Assembly (NCBI GenBank): GCA_944325335.1
Contig: CALUZR010000012.1
Span: forward strand, 5,860 to 69,859
Origin: an uncultured Parabacteroides sp.
GTDB lineage: Bacteria > Bacteroidota > Bacteroidia > Bacteroidales > Tannerellaceae
DNA length: 64,000 nucleotides
Reading direction: 5' to 3'
How positions within the stretch are numbered: position 1 is the first letter of the stretch; each line of letters begins with the position of its first letter. Shown piece after piece: positions 18,950 to 28,516 of the stretch. The position numbers and the translations under genes are program-made. Below the pieces are notes generated by a model. It searched no databases. It saw nothing but the letters and a program-made list of their open reading frames with translations, and had not been told where the DNA came from.

Positions 18950-19924
18950 ATGAAGGATTTGATTGAAAAATATAAACGGAATGAATTGACACCAGAGGAA
19001 CTTCACGCGCTTCAGACGAGGATAGCTACGGAAAGTCCGCTGGAATTGGAGAGAATCGTGCGGGAAGATTGGGAAAACTTCCAGGGCCAACGGTTGGAAA
19101 TGCCGGACAAAGAACCCGATTTTGACCGTATTTGGAAGGAAATAGAACGGAATACGGCCCAGAAAACCGTTATAAATTGGCGGAAGCTCCTGAGCTATGC
19201 GGCTATCCTTTTGCTTCCCATCCTGTTGTTTTCGACATTCTATTTCTACCGCGAAGCCAAAATAGTGGCTACGCAAGAGATGATTGTCCAAACCGGCGCG
19301 GGCGAACATGCCAATATTACCTTGCCAGATGGTACGTCTGTCAGCTTGAATGTCCGTTCGAAGCTCTCGTATAATCCAGCCGATTTCAACAAACAGACGC
19401 GTAATATCGGTTTTATGGGCGAGGGTTATTTTCAAGTGAAAAAGAATGAAGGCATCCCGTTTATCATCTCTTCACAAGCGATTCAATTGAAAGTCTTGGG
19501 GACGGAGTTCAACTTCCGTTCGCGTGAAAGCCAGGACGACATCGAGGTTATTTTAACGAAAGGGCACGTCTTGCTCTCGTCGTCCGATAAATATGTTGAA
19601 TTATTTGAAAACGAGACGGCTATTTACAATAAGCAAACCGGCACCTTTTCGATAGAAAAAAAGAAAGACGAGCCGATCCATTGGTTGCATAAAGAGCTTT
19701 ATTTCCAGAATACGCCTTTTGCCGAATTGGTGGAGACGCTCGAAGAAGAGTACGGTGTCCAGTTCGAATGGCAAGCGTGCGACCATTTGGCGTGCGACCG
19801 GTTCAGCGGTACGTTGCCCTCATCGAACCTGCGGGCTGTGCTGGATATCTTGCGCAAGAGTTATGGGTTGGAATACGAAGTCAATGCAAATCGTGTAATC
19901 CTTACTTGTACAAAATCAAATTGA
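18950..19924 (+). CDS. FecR-family anti-sigma factor
   Basis: 324-aa ORF with one TM segment (LLSYAAILLLPILLFSTFYF) and a FecR block (ITLPDGTSVSLNVRSKLSY). Follows the ECF sigma gene. Confidence 0.9.
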   Translation: MKDLIEKYKRNELTPEELHALQTRIATESPLELERIVREDWENFQGQRLEMPDKEPDFDRIWKEIERNTAQKTVINWRKLLSYAAILLLPILLFSTFYFYREAKIVATQEMIVQTGAGEHANITLPDGTSVSLNVRSKLSYNPADFNKQTRNIGFMGEGYFQVKKNEGIPFIISSQAIQLKVLGTEFNFRSRESQDDIEVILTKGHVLLSSSDKYVELFENETAIYNKQTGTFSIEKKKDEPIHWLHKELYFQNTPFAELVETLEEEYGVQFEWQACDHLACDRFSGTLPSSNLRAVLDILRKSYGLEYEVNANRVILTCTKSN

Positions 19925-19984
19925 CTTCGGAGGAAACTTCCTCTCATGCCGGAGGAAACTTTCTTACACAACGGGAATTTCTTC

Positions 19985-20098
19985 AAATATCGACGATGTT
20001 TGTATAAATATCGTCGATATTTTTGTATCTTTAGGCTAAAGATAAAGAAATATCGTCGATGCGTGAAGAAAAAATAGGCGGCGGGGCAAGTTTTCTCC
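19985..20098. repeat. Dispersed ~115-bp element, copy A (upstream of dnaE)
   Basis: Aligns without gaps to 31188-31300 over about 95 bp with about a dozen mismatches (manual alignment). Three ATCGnCGAT dyads are centred at 19993, 20014 and 20056. A 19-bp palindrome TATCTTTAGGCTAAAGATA lies at 20026-20044. Confidence 0.88.
20018..20025 (+). promoter_or_regulatory. -7 box inside repeat copy A, pointing at dnaE
   Basis: TATTTTTG. The dnaE ATG is about 150 bp downstream. Confidence 0.3.
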
Positions 20099-20173
20099 TT
20101 TAACATTCGAAATTTGCCCACCTTCGAAATATGTTGTACCTTTACCGACCGAAAAAATCAGGTTAAAGTAAAG

Positions 20174-23100
20174 ATGGAGCCTTTTATTCATTTGCATGTG
20201 CATACGCAATATTCGTTGCTGGACGGGCAGGCGTCGATCGATGCGCTGATCGACAAAGCCTACAAGGACGGGATGCGTGCGATTGCCGTGACCGACCATG
20301 GAAACATGTTCGGCATCAAGGAGTTTTTTAATAAAGTAAACAAGAAGAATGGCAAGATCCAAGGCGCGATCAAAGACTTACAAAAGGAGTTGGCGGCGTT
20401 GGACGGGGCGGAGGCGACGGACGAAACCGCGGCCCGGAAGGCGGAATTGGAGAAGCAATTGGCGGAAGCCAAGGGAAACCTCTTCAAGCCGATTTTGGGT
20501 TGCGAGTGTTATTGTGCCCGCGAAGGACGCTTCAAGCGCGATACGAAAGAGGACTTGAGCGGCTGGCACCTGATTGTGTTGGCAAAGAATAAACAAGGAT
20601 ATAAGAATCTGATTAAGATTGTGTCGCAAGCCTGGACGGAGGGCTTTTATGGCCGTCCGCGCATCGACAAGGAGTTGCTGGAGCAACATCGCGAAGGGTT
20701 GATTGTCTGTTCGGCTTGCCTCGGCGGGGAAGTGCCGCAAAAGATCATGAAAGGGAACTTGCGGGCGGCCGAGGAGGCGGTGCTTTGGTTTAAGAACCTC
20801 TTTGGGGAAGATTATTACCTGGAGATGCAACGCCACAAAACGACCCGCCCGGATGCCGACCAGTCGACTTACCAGCACCAAATGGAAGTGAATAAAGTAT
20901 TAGTCGAATTGGCGCATAAGCATCAGATTAAGCTGATTGCCACGAACGATGTGCATTTTGTGAACGAAGAAGACGCCGACGCGCACGACCGGCTGATCTG
21001 CCTCAGTACGGGCAAAGACCTGAACGACCCGACCCGCATGCGCTACACCAAGCAGGAGTGGCTCAAGACGACGGCTGAGATGAACCAAATCTTTGCGGAT
21101 ATCCCGGAAGCGCTTCGCAACACGCTCGAGATAGCCGACAAGGTGGAATATTATAGTATCGATAGCGGCCCGATCATGCCGACGTTCAACATCCCGGAAG
21201 ATTTCGGGACGGAAGAAAGCTATCGGGCGAAGTTTACCGAAAAGGACCTCTTCGACGAGTTCACGCAAGACGAACATGGGCAGGTCGTCATGAACCAAGA
21301 GGAGGCGGAGGCGAAAATCAAGAAGTTGGGCGGCTACGACAAGCTCTATCGCATCAAGCTCGAAGCCGATTATTTGGCGAAGCTGACCTACGAAGGGGCG
21401 AAGGAGCTTTATGGCGACCCCTTGTCGAAAGACGTGGCCGAGCGCCTGAACTTCGAATTGCACATCATGAAGACGATGGGTTTTCCTGGCTACTTCCTTA
21501 TTGTGCAGGACTTTATCCGGGCGGCACGCGAGGAATTGAACGTGTCGGTAGGACCGGGACGTGGTTCGGCGGCGGGTTCGGCGGTCGCTTATTGCTTGGG
21601 TATTACGAAAATCGACCCGATTAAATACGATTTGCTGTTCGAGCGTTTCTTGAATCCGGACCGAATCTCCTTGCCCGATATTGATACAGACTTCGATGAC
21701 GACGGGCGCGGTAAGGTATTGCAATGGGTGACAGATAAATATGGTGCTGAACGCGTGGCGCATATCATTACGTATGGCACGATGGCGACGAAATCGGCCA
21801 TTAAAGACGTGGCGCGTGTCGAGAAACTCCCCTTGGCGGAATCGAACCGCCTCGCCAAGCTGGTGCCGGATAAGATACCGGACATGAAGAAATTCAAACT
21901 CAAGGATGCCATCGAGTATGTGCCCGAATTGAAGGCTGCCGCGACAGGTCCCGACCCCTTGGCCCGCGATACGCTGAAGTACGCGCAAATGCTGGAAGGC
22001 AATGTGCGGAATACCGGTGTCCATGCCTGCGGCGTCATCATCGGGCGATATGATATTTCGGACGTGGTGCCCGTCAGCACGGCGAAAGATAAGGACACGG
22101 GCGAGGAAATGCTCGTGACCCAATACGAAGGTTCCGTCATTGAAGAGACCGGTTTGATTAAGATGGACTTCTTGGGCTTGAAGACGTTGTCGATCATCAA
22201 GGACGCCGTCGAGAATGTCAAACTGACTACGGGCGAGGACTTGGACATCGACCATGTGAGCCTGGAAGACCCGGCTACCTATAAGCTCTATTGCGAAGGG
22301 CGGACGACTGGCACGTTCCAGTTTGAGTCTGCCGGCATGCAAAAGTACCTGAAGGAGTTGCAACCCTCCAAGTTCGAGGACTTGATTGCCATGAACGCGC
22401 TCTATCGCCCCGGGCCGATGGATTATATTCCTTCGTTTATCAAGCGTAAACATGGCATTGAGCCGATTGAATATGATATTCCCGTGATGGAACGTTATCT
22501 AAAGGATACGTATGGCATCACGGTCTACCAAGAGCAGGTCATGCTCCTTTCACGCCTGTTGGCCAACTTTACACGAGGCGAGAGCGACACGTTGCGTAAA
22601 GCCATGGGTAAGAAATTGATCGACAAGATGAACGCCCTCAAAGAGAAGTTTATGAAGGGTGGACAAGCGAACGGTTACAAGCCCGAAACGTTGAACAAAA
22701 TATGGGCCGATTGGGAGAAGTTCGCCTCGTATGCGTTCAACAAGAGCCACGCCACGTGCTATTCGTGGGTCGCTTACCAGACGGCTTACCTCAAAGCGAA
22801 TTATCCTTCGGAATACATGGCGGCGGTGTTGAGCCGAAGCCTTTCGAACATTGTCGATATCACGAAGTTCATGGACGAGTGCAAGGCGATGGGCATCCAA
22901 GTATTAGGACCCGACGTGAACGAATCGCTCCTCAAGTTCAGTGTAGACACGCATAAGAATATCCGCTTCGGCTTAGGGGCAATCAAGGGCATTGGCGAGT
23001 CGGCGGTACAAAACATCATCCAAGAGCGGAAGAAGAACGGACGTTATCGCGACATATTCAATTTCGTGGAGCGGGTGAACCTCTCTTCGTGCAATAAGAA

Positions 23101-23971
23101 GGCGATCGAGTCGCTGGTCTTGGCGGGCGCGTTCGACGAATTAGGTGTGTCGCGCGAATCTTTCTTTGTCGATAATGGGAAAGGGGAGACGTTCCTTGAT
23201 ACGTTGGTGCGCTATGGCAATAAGTTCCAGCTCGACAAAGCCAGCACCGCCAATTCCCTTTTCGGCGACGAGGCTTTTGTGGCTATCGCCAAACCTGAAA
23301 TCCCGAAGGGCGAGCCTTGGAGCGACTTGGAGCGGCTCAACAAAGAGAAGGAATTGGTCGGCATCTATTTGTCGGCTCATCCGTTGGACGATTATCGCAT
23401 CATTCTTACCTATGTGTGCAACACCGGCATGGCCGAGCTGGAAGACAAAGATGCGCTGAATGGGCGTGAAATCTTGATGGGCGGCATTGTCACCGGCTTC
23501 CGCGAAGGCATGACGAAGACGGGCAAGCCCTACGGCATCTTGAAAGTCGAGGACTTTACGGGCAGTGGCGAGATTCCGCTCTTCGGGCAGGATTATATCG
23601 ACTATGCCAAGTACGGGAAAATGGGTATGTATCTCTTGATTAGCGGGAAAATGGAGCCTCGCAAGTATAACGCCGAAATCGTGGACTTGCGCATAAAATA
23701 CATCAAATTGCTACAAGATGAGCGGGACAAGCTCATCCAAAAGATAAGCATTACGATCCCAATCCATGAATTGGACGAAACGACCGTCGCGGTATTGACA
23801 TCGAAGATCAAGGAGCATCCGGGCAATTGCCTTTTGTATTTCCGCGTGATCGATGGGGAGAACAATATTTCGCTCAATCTCTTCTCGCCGGATACACGTT
23901 TGACGGTGACGAAAGATTTTGTGGACTATTTGAACGAGAATGAAAATATAGACTTCAAAATTAATGGGTAA
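20174..23971 (+). CDS. dnaE: DNA polymerase III alpha subunit
   Basis: Start at MEPFIHLHVHTQYSLLDG (PHP domain). Full-length alpha-subunit blocks are present (GRGSAAGS, PDID.DF). Confidence 0.95.
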   Translation: MEPFIHLHVHTQYSLLDGQASIDALIDKAYKDGMRAIAVTDHGNMFGIKEFFNKVNKKNGKIQGAIKDLQKELAALDGAEATDETAARKAELEKQLAEAKGNLFKPILGCECYCAREGRFKRDTKEDLSGWHLIVLAKNKQGYKNLIKIVSQAWTEGFYGRPRIDKELLEQHREGLIVCSACLGGEVPQKIMKGNLRAAEEAVLWFKNLFGEDYYLEMQRHKTTRPDADQSTYQHQMEVNKVLVELAHKHQIKLIATNDVHFVNEEDADAHDRLICLSTGKDLNDPTRMRYTKQEWLKTTAEMNQIFADIPEALRNTLEIADKVEYYSIDSGPIMPTFNIPEDFGTEESYRAKFTEKDLFDEFTQDEHGQVVMNQEEAEAKIKKLGGYDKLYRIKLEADYLAKLTYEGAKELYGDPLSKDVAERLNFELHIMKTMGFPGYFLIVQDFIRAAREELNVSVGPGRGSAAGSAVAYCLGITKIDPIKYDLLFERFLNPDRISLPDIDTDFDDDGRGKVLQWVTDKYGAERVAHIITYGTMATKSAIKDVARVEKLPLAESNRLAKLVPDKIPDMKKFKLKDAIEYVPELKAAATGPDPLARDTLKYAQMLEGNVRNTGVHACGVIIGRYDISDVVPVSTAKDKDTGEEMLVTQYEGSVIEETGLIKMDFLGLKTLSIIKDAVENVKLTTGEDLDIDHVSLEDPATYKLYCEGRTTGTFQFESAGMQKYLKELQPSKFEDLIAMNALYRPGPMDYIPSFIKRKHGIEPIEYDIPVMERYLKDTYGITVYQEQVMLLSRLLANFTRGESDTLRKAMGKKLIDKMNALKEKFMKGGQANGYKPETLNKIWADWEKFASYAFNKSHATCYSWVAYQTAYLKANYPSEYMAAVLSRSLSNIVDITKFMDECKAMGIQVLGPDVNESLLKFSVDTHKNIRFGLGAIKGIGESAVQNIIQERKKNGRYRDIFNFVERVNLSSCNKKAIESLVLAGAFDELGVSRESFFVDNGKGETFLDTLVRYGNKFQLDKASTANSLFGDEAFVAIAKPEIPKGEPWSDLERLNKEKELVGIYLSAHPLDDYRIILTYVCNTGMAELEDKDALNGREILMGGIVTGFREGMTKTGKPYGILKVEDFTGSGEIPLFGQDYIDYAKYGKMGMYLLISGKMEPRKYNAEIVDLRIKYIKLLQDERDKLIQKISITIPIHELDETTVAVLTSKIKEHPGNCLLYFRVIDGENNISLNLFSPDTRLTVTKDFVDYLNENENIDFKING

Positions 23972-23998
23972 AAGTTGGCTCCGCATCGCAAAAATTTG

Positions 23999-24006
23999 TA
24001 CTTTTG
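23999..24006 (+). promoter_or_regulatory. -7 box for trxA
   Basis: TACTTTTG, 47 bp upstream of the ATG. Confidence 0.4.
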
Positions 24007-24052
24007 TCCGCGGATTTAATCAGGAGAAATAATTATCAAATCATTATATAAT

Positions 24053-24367
24053 ATGGCTTTACAAATTACAGACTCAAACTTCAATGAGTATGCGAGTGCC
24101 GGAAAACTGATGGTGCTTGATTTCTGGGCTGAATGGTGCGGTCCGTGCCGCATGGTTTCTCCCATTATCGACGAATTGTCTAACGAATATGAAGGACGTG
24201 CGATTATTGGGAAGATGGATGTAGACAACAACGACGAGGTCGTATCGCAATTCGGCATCCGCAATATCCCGACTGTGCTCTTCTTGAAGGACGGACAGGT
24301 GGTGGATAAAATCGTAGGTGCCACGAGCAAAGACAAGTTCGTCGCTAAAATCGAAGCCCTGCTCTAA
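24053..24367 (+). CDS. trxA: Thioredoxin
   Basis: 104-aa ORF with the WCGPC active site. Confidence 0.95.
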   Translation: MALQITDSNFNEYASAGKLMVLDFWAEWCGPCRMVSPIIDELSNEYEGRAIIGKMDVDNNDEVVSQFGIRNIPTVLFLKDGQVVDKIVGATSKDKFVAKIEALL

Positions 24368-24383
24368 GAAGTTTTTCTTGCGT

Positions 24384-24421
24384 AAAAAAAGCGGATGTCC
24401 AGGAAAGACACCCGCTTTTCT
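24384..24421. terminator. Bidirectional terminator between convergent trxA and relA
   Basis: Stem GCGG(A)TGTC..GACA(C)CCGC flanked by A7 on one side and a T-run on the other. Confidence 0.55.
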
Positions 24422-24440
24422 TGTATAGGGCCGAAAGCAA

Positions 24441-26735
24441 TCAATCCGCAATGCGGGTGACGGATTGCAGGTTCTTGATCTTGGCCAGACGGATGCAAAG
24501 CTTCTGGATGTCTTCCACGTCGTGCACCTTCAACTTGACGCGCCCTTCGAACATGCCGTCGTTCGCCTCAATCAGGAAGCGCGTAATGTAGACGTTGAAC
24601 TCGCCCGATATCACGTCGATGATTTCATGCAAGACGCCCATCGAATCGATGCCCTTCATTTCCAGTGTGGCTTCGAATGTTGCGGTTTGATGGCTGCTCC
24701 ATACGGTGTTGAGGATACGTTCGCCGAAACTGCTCTTCAAGCGCATGGCGATTGGGCAGGAACGTTTATGCACCACCACGTTCCCGTCGTCGTTGATAAA
24801 GCCCAGCGATTCGTCGCCCGGAATCGGTTTACAGCAATCGGCAATGATGTAATTGCGCTGGAAAGCCTCTTCGCGTAGGACATAGGGTTTCTTTTTGTCG
24901 TAAACAGGCTTCGGCGTGGTAGGCACCGGCGTGTCGTCTGTCGTTTCTGATTTCGGCTTAGTAGCCATGCGGAGCGCTTGCTTCACGTACTTGAAGAGGA
25001 CGTTGTTGTCCTTGTCTTTTAATATTTTTTGGATGTTGTCGGGAATCGTCACTTCGCCTTTCTCGACCGAATAATAGAACTCCTCGCGCTTGTTGAAGCC
25101 GAAATACATGGCGAGGCGGTCCAGGTTCTGCGGTGAAGATTCGATGCCCGCATTTTGATAGGCTTCCAAGACTTTCGCCTCGCCCGCTTTGATGGTCTCG
25201 TTACGGTTCCGGCGGATCACGGCGGAAATCTTGGCGCGAGCGCGGGCCGTGGTAACGAAGTTCAGCCACTCGGGTTGTGGTGTTTGCGAGCGGGAAGTCA
25301 ACACCTCGACTTGGTCTCCGCTAGCGAGCTTATGGCTGAGCGGCACTAATTTGTGGTTCACTTTCGCTCCGATGCACTTGTTTCCGACGTCGGAGTGGAG
25401 CGCATAAGCGAAGTCGAGCGCCGTGGCGCCTTGTGGCAATGTCTTGATGTCACCTTTCGGGGTAAACACGAATATTTCGGATGAGAAGAGGTTCAGTTTG
25501 ATCGTATCCAGGAAATCCAGCGCGTTCGGGTCGGGATTCTCCAGGATTTCAGTAATCGTCTGCAGCCACTTGTCAAGTTCGGTGTCCTCTTCGACGTGGT
25601 GCTCTTTGTATTTCCAATGGGCGGCAAATCCCTTTTCGGCGATGTCGTCCATGCGGCGGCTGCGGATTTGGATTTCGACCCATTGTCCGTCGGGTCCCAT
25701 CACTGTCACGTGCAACGCCTGATAGCCGTTTGCCTTCGGGCGGCTCACCCAATCGCGGATGCGGTCGGGGCGGATGCGGTAAATGTCTGTGATGGCCGAG
25801 TAAATGTCCCAGCATTGGTTCTTCTCGTCCACGCCCGGCAGCGGGTCGAAGATGATGCGGACGGCGTAAATGTCGTAAATGTCTTCGAAGGGAACCTTCT
25901 TGGCCTCCATCTTGTTCCAAATCGAATAGACGGACTTGACGCGCGCCTTCATCTCGTATTTCAATCCCATCGCCTTCAGTTTGGCGTCCACTGGTTCGGC
26001 AAAATGCTGGAACAGGCGTTCGCGAATAGGTGCCGTCACTTCCAATTTCTTCGTGATGGCTTCGTATTCCTGCGGGTGTTCGTATTTGAAACTCAAATCC
26101 TCCAGCTCGGTCTTGATCGAGAACAGGCCGAGGCGGTGGGCCAACGGTGCGTAAAGATAAAGCGTTTCGCCCGCTATCTTGAATTGCTTTGCCGGCAACA
26201 TCGAGCCGAGCGTGCGCATGTTGTGCAAGCGGTCGGCTATTTTAATCAAAATCACGCGGATGTCGTCGCTCATTGTGAGCAGTAATTTGCGGAAATTCTC
26301 GGCTTGGGCGGATGCTTTCTCACCGAAAATCCCACCAGCGATCTTTGTCAATCCATCCACAATTTGCGCGATTTTGTCGCCAAACATATTGCGGATGTCC
26401 TCGACGGTGTATTCCGTGTCTTCCACCACATCGTGCAACAAAGCCGAGCAAATCGACGTGGAACCCAATCCCATCTCGCTGCAGACAATCTTTGCCACGG
26501 CAATGGGATGCAGGATATAGGGTTCGCCCGAACGTCGCTTCACGCCGTCGTGCGCCTGTTTGGCAAAATGAAAAGCTTTCGTAATACGCTCCACTTTACG
26601 CCGATGGTTCGAGTTCAAGTAGTCTTTCAACAGGTCGTCGAAAGCTTCCTGAATCATTCGTTCATCCGGCGATAAAGCAGCCAAGTCTACCGACTGTGGG
26701 TTTATCGTGTCTTGTTTTTCTTTTATATCTTCCAT
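24441..26735 (-). CDS. relA: Bifunctional (p)ppGpp synthetase/hydrolase, RelA/SpoT family
   Basis: 764-aa ORF with an HD hydrolase motif (HDVVEDT), a synthetase block (GYQALHVTV), and TGS and ACT-like C-terminal regions. Confidence 0.93.
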   Translation of the reverse strand: MEDIKEKQDTINPQSVDLAALSPDERMIQEAFDDLLKDYLNSNHRRKVERITKAFHFAKQAHDGVKRRSGEPYILHPIAVAKIVCSEMGLGSTSICSALLHDVVEDTEYTVEDIRNMFGDKIAQIVDGLTKIAGGIFGEKASAQAENFRKLLLTMSDDIRVILIKIADRLHNMRTLGSMLPAKQFKIAGETLYLYAPLAHRLGLFSIKTELEDLSFKYEHPQEYEAITKKLEVTAPIRERLFQHFAEPVDAKLKAMGLKYEMKARVKSVYSIWNKMEAKKVPFEDIYDIYAVRIIFDPLPGVDEKNQCWDIYSAITDIYRIRPDRIRDWVSRPKANGYQALHVTVMGPDGQWVEIQIRSRRMDDIAEKGFAAHWKYKEHHVEEDTELDKWLQTITEILENPDPNALDFLDTIKLNLFSSEIFVFTPKGDIKTLPQGATALDFAYALHSDVGNKCIGAKVNHKLVPLSHKLASGDQVEVLTSRSQTPQPEWLNFVTTARARAKISAVIRRNRNETIKAGEAKVLEAYQNAGIESSPQNLDRLAMYFGFNKREEFYYSVEKGEVTIPDNIQKILKDKDNNVLFKYVKQALRMATKPKSETTDDTPVPTTPKPVYDKKKPYVLREEAFQRNYIIADCCKPIPGDESLGFINDDGNVVVHKRSCPIAMRLKSSFGERILNTVWSSHQTATFEATLEMKGIDSMGVLHEIIDVISGEFNVYITRFLIEANDGMFEGRVKLKVHDVEDIQKLCIRLAKIKNLQSVTRIAD

Positions 26736-26766
26736 GGCGTAACCTCCTTAGAAATTTGTACCACTA

Positions 26767-26774
26767 CAAATGTA
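26767..26774 (-). promoter_or_regulatory. -7 box for relA
   Basis: The plus strand reads CAAATGTA (minus-strand TACATTTG), 32 bp upstream of the ATG. Confidence 0.4.
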
Positions 26775-26867
26775 GGAATTTTTCAGAAAGGGAAACGGCT
26801 TTTTATCGAAAAATCTTCTTTTCGGGGCTTATTTTAATAGAAAATGGCTTCCATCTATGGGCAGAAA

Positions 26868-26990
26868 GGTTTCGGAACACTTCCGAAAGTCCCGCTGGCA
26901 TCAGCGACGGTTTCGGAACACTTCCGAAAGTTCCGCTGGGTCCAGCGACGGTTTCAGAACACTTCCGAAAGTTCCGCTGGCACCAACGAC
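26868..26990. repeat. Tandem array, 3 units of exactly 41 bp
   Basis: Units at 26868-26908, 26909-26949 and 26950-26990. Each contains TTTCGGAAcacTTCCGAAA (8-3-8 dyad) and a GCTGG..CAGC element. Confidence 0.92.
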
Positions 26991-27014
26991 ATTTTCTAAA
27001 ACCTTTAGAATGGC

Positions 27015-28508
27015 TCAACCTCTCGGGATTTTCAGGACTTGCCCGGGCTGGATGGTCGTCGTGCGGAGCTTGTTGGCTTTCCGCAAGTCTTGCGCCGTAA
27101 TGCCCGGATATTTGGAGGCGATGGAATAGAGCGACTCGCCGGATTTCACCTTATGGGCGATGTATCCGTCCTGTTTCGCCGAGGGCGCATTGTTTTGCTT
27201 TGCCTTCGCGGCCGACTTTGAGCTCAAGAGGACGCCGCCGTTGTCGACGTAGAGCTTCAGGCGTTTGCCGCGCGGCAGGCGGTTCGACGAGAGGCGGTTC
27301 CACTTCTTGATGTCGCGCGCCGTGACGCCGTAGCGGTTCGCTATGGTGTAGATATTCTCATTTCGGAGGACGATATGCGTGATCTGCTCGCGGGTGGCGG
27401 CACCGGGTGTCGAACCTCCGCTGACGGTAATCATATAGTCGGGCAGGAGTTCCGCCTTGCGGTATGCATAGATGGAATCCTCGTGGTCGATGAAGGCGTA
27501 AGTCTGGGCGGCGGGGAGTTTCAAGACCGATTCCGTCGTATTGCCGGGGACGATGTCGCGCTTATACTGTGGATTCAGAGCGCGGAGCTGCGCGATGTCC
27601 ACGTGCAAGACGTCGGCCACTTGTTGCAAATGGAGGATTTTGTTGACGTGGATCGTATCGGTTGCCAGCGGGATGTCCGTTTCCAGCGGACAGAGATTAT
27701 GGTCGCAGTAATAGTTCATCACATAGTTGGCGGCGATGAAGAGCGGCACATAAGAACGCGTCTCTTTCGGCAGATAAGGGAAAATATCCCAGAAGTTTGT
27801 CTTTCCGCCCGAACGCTTGATGGCCTTGTTCACATTCCCCGGCCCGCAATTATAGGAAGCCATGACGAGGCTCCAATCCTTATAAATCGCGTACATGTCT
27901 TTGAAATATTCGCAGGCGGCTTCAGTGGCTTTCACCGGGTCGCGGCGGTCGTCGACGAGGCTGTTGATCGTCAGTCCATATTGTTTGCCTGTCGGGAGCA
28001 TGAATTGCCAGAGGCCGCAAGCCCCGACGCGGGAAAGGGCGACCGGATTCAAGGCGCTCTCTACGACGGCGAGGTATTTTAATTCCAATGGAAGCCCGTG
28101 TTTATCCAGTATCTTTTCGATGATTGGGAAATAATAATCCGCCATGCCCAGCATGTAGCGCACAAGGCCACGGCGACGCTCGGTATAGAGGTCGATGCAA
28201 TCCCGCACTACATTATTATAAGGCAACGGAATCATGGCCGGGAGGCGCGAGAGGCGGTCGGCATACACCGAGTCGGGGAAATAGACATTCTCTTCGTCGT
28301 CGTGGCAATAATCATCGCGCTTGGTGAAATACTGCACATGCCACGAACGCAGCAGGCTATCTACGTCGGCATCCAGGCTTTCGGGTATCAAGCCTACTTC
28401 CGCTTCTACAATCGAATCGGGCGGCAATGTCGTGTCTTCCTCTTCCGGAGCTGCCGACATCCAAATGCTGTTACTTATCAATAAACCGAAAAGAATAAGT
28501 TGTTTCAT
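27015..28508 (-). CDS. Lytic transglycosylase (SLT domain) with C-terminal LysM repeats (MltD-like)
   Basis: Start set at MKQLILFGLLISNS (signal peptide). SLT block AVVESALNP...GLWQFM is present, with two or three LysM-like repeats. The longer 647-aa ORF version overlaps the upstream gene and is rejected. Confidence 0.88.
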   Translation of the reverse strand: MKQLILFGLLISNSIWMSAAPEEEDTTLPPDSIVEAEVGLIPESLDADVDSLLRSWHVQYFTKRDDYCHDDEENVYFPDSVYADRLSRLPAMIPLPYNNVVRDCIDLYTERRRGLVRYMLGMADYYFPIIEKILDKHGLPLELKYLAVVESALNPVALSRVGACGLWQFMLPTGKQYGLTINSLVDDRRDPVKATEAACEYFKDMYAIYKDWSLVMASYNCGPGNVNKAIKRSGGKTNFWDIFPYLPKETRSYVPLFIAANYVMNYYCDHNLCPLETDIPLATDTIHVNKILHLQQVADVLHVDIAQLRALNPQYKRDIVPGNTTESVLKLPAAQTYAFIDHEDSIYAYRKAELLPDYMITVSGGSTPGAATREQITHIVLRNENIYTIANRYGVTARDIKKWNRLSSNRLPRGKRLKLYVDNGGVLLSSKSAAKAKQNNAPSAKQDGYIAHKVKSGESLYSIASKYPGITAQDLRKANKLRTTTIQPGQVLKIPRG

Positions 28509-28516
28509 CGTATCTG

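Noticed and set aside
20900-22453. 517-aa minus-strand ORF inside dnaE. Similar long antisense ORFs occur at 35308..36828 (in secDF), 5016..5927 (in GH97), 63076..63948 (in tamL), 49065..49958 (in DUF349), 37261..38103 and 38036..38800 (in znuAC), 29344..30060 (in parB), 25596..26285 (in relA) and 27375..28082 (in mltD-like).
   Set aside because: Each lies entirely antisense to a gene with unmistakable conserved motifs. Their translations are Arg/His/Leu/Val-rich low-information sequences, typical of shadow ORFs in GC-biased codon usage. None has independent start or promoter evidence.
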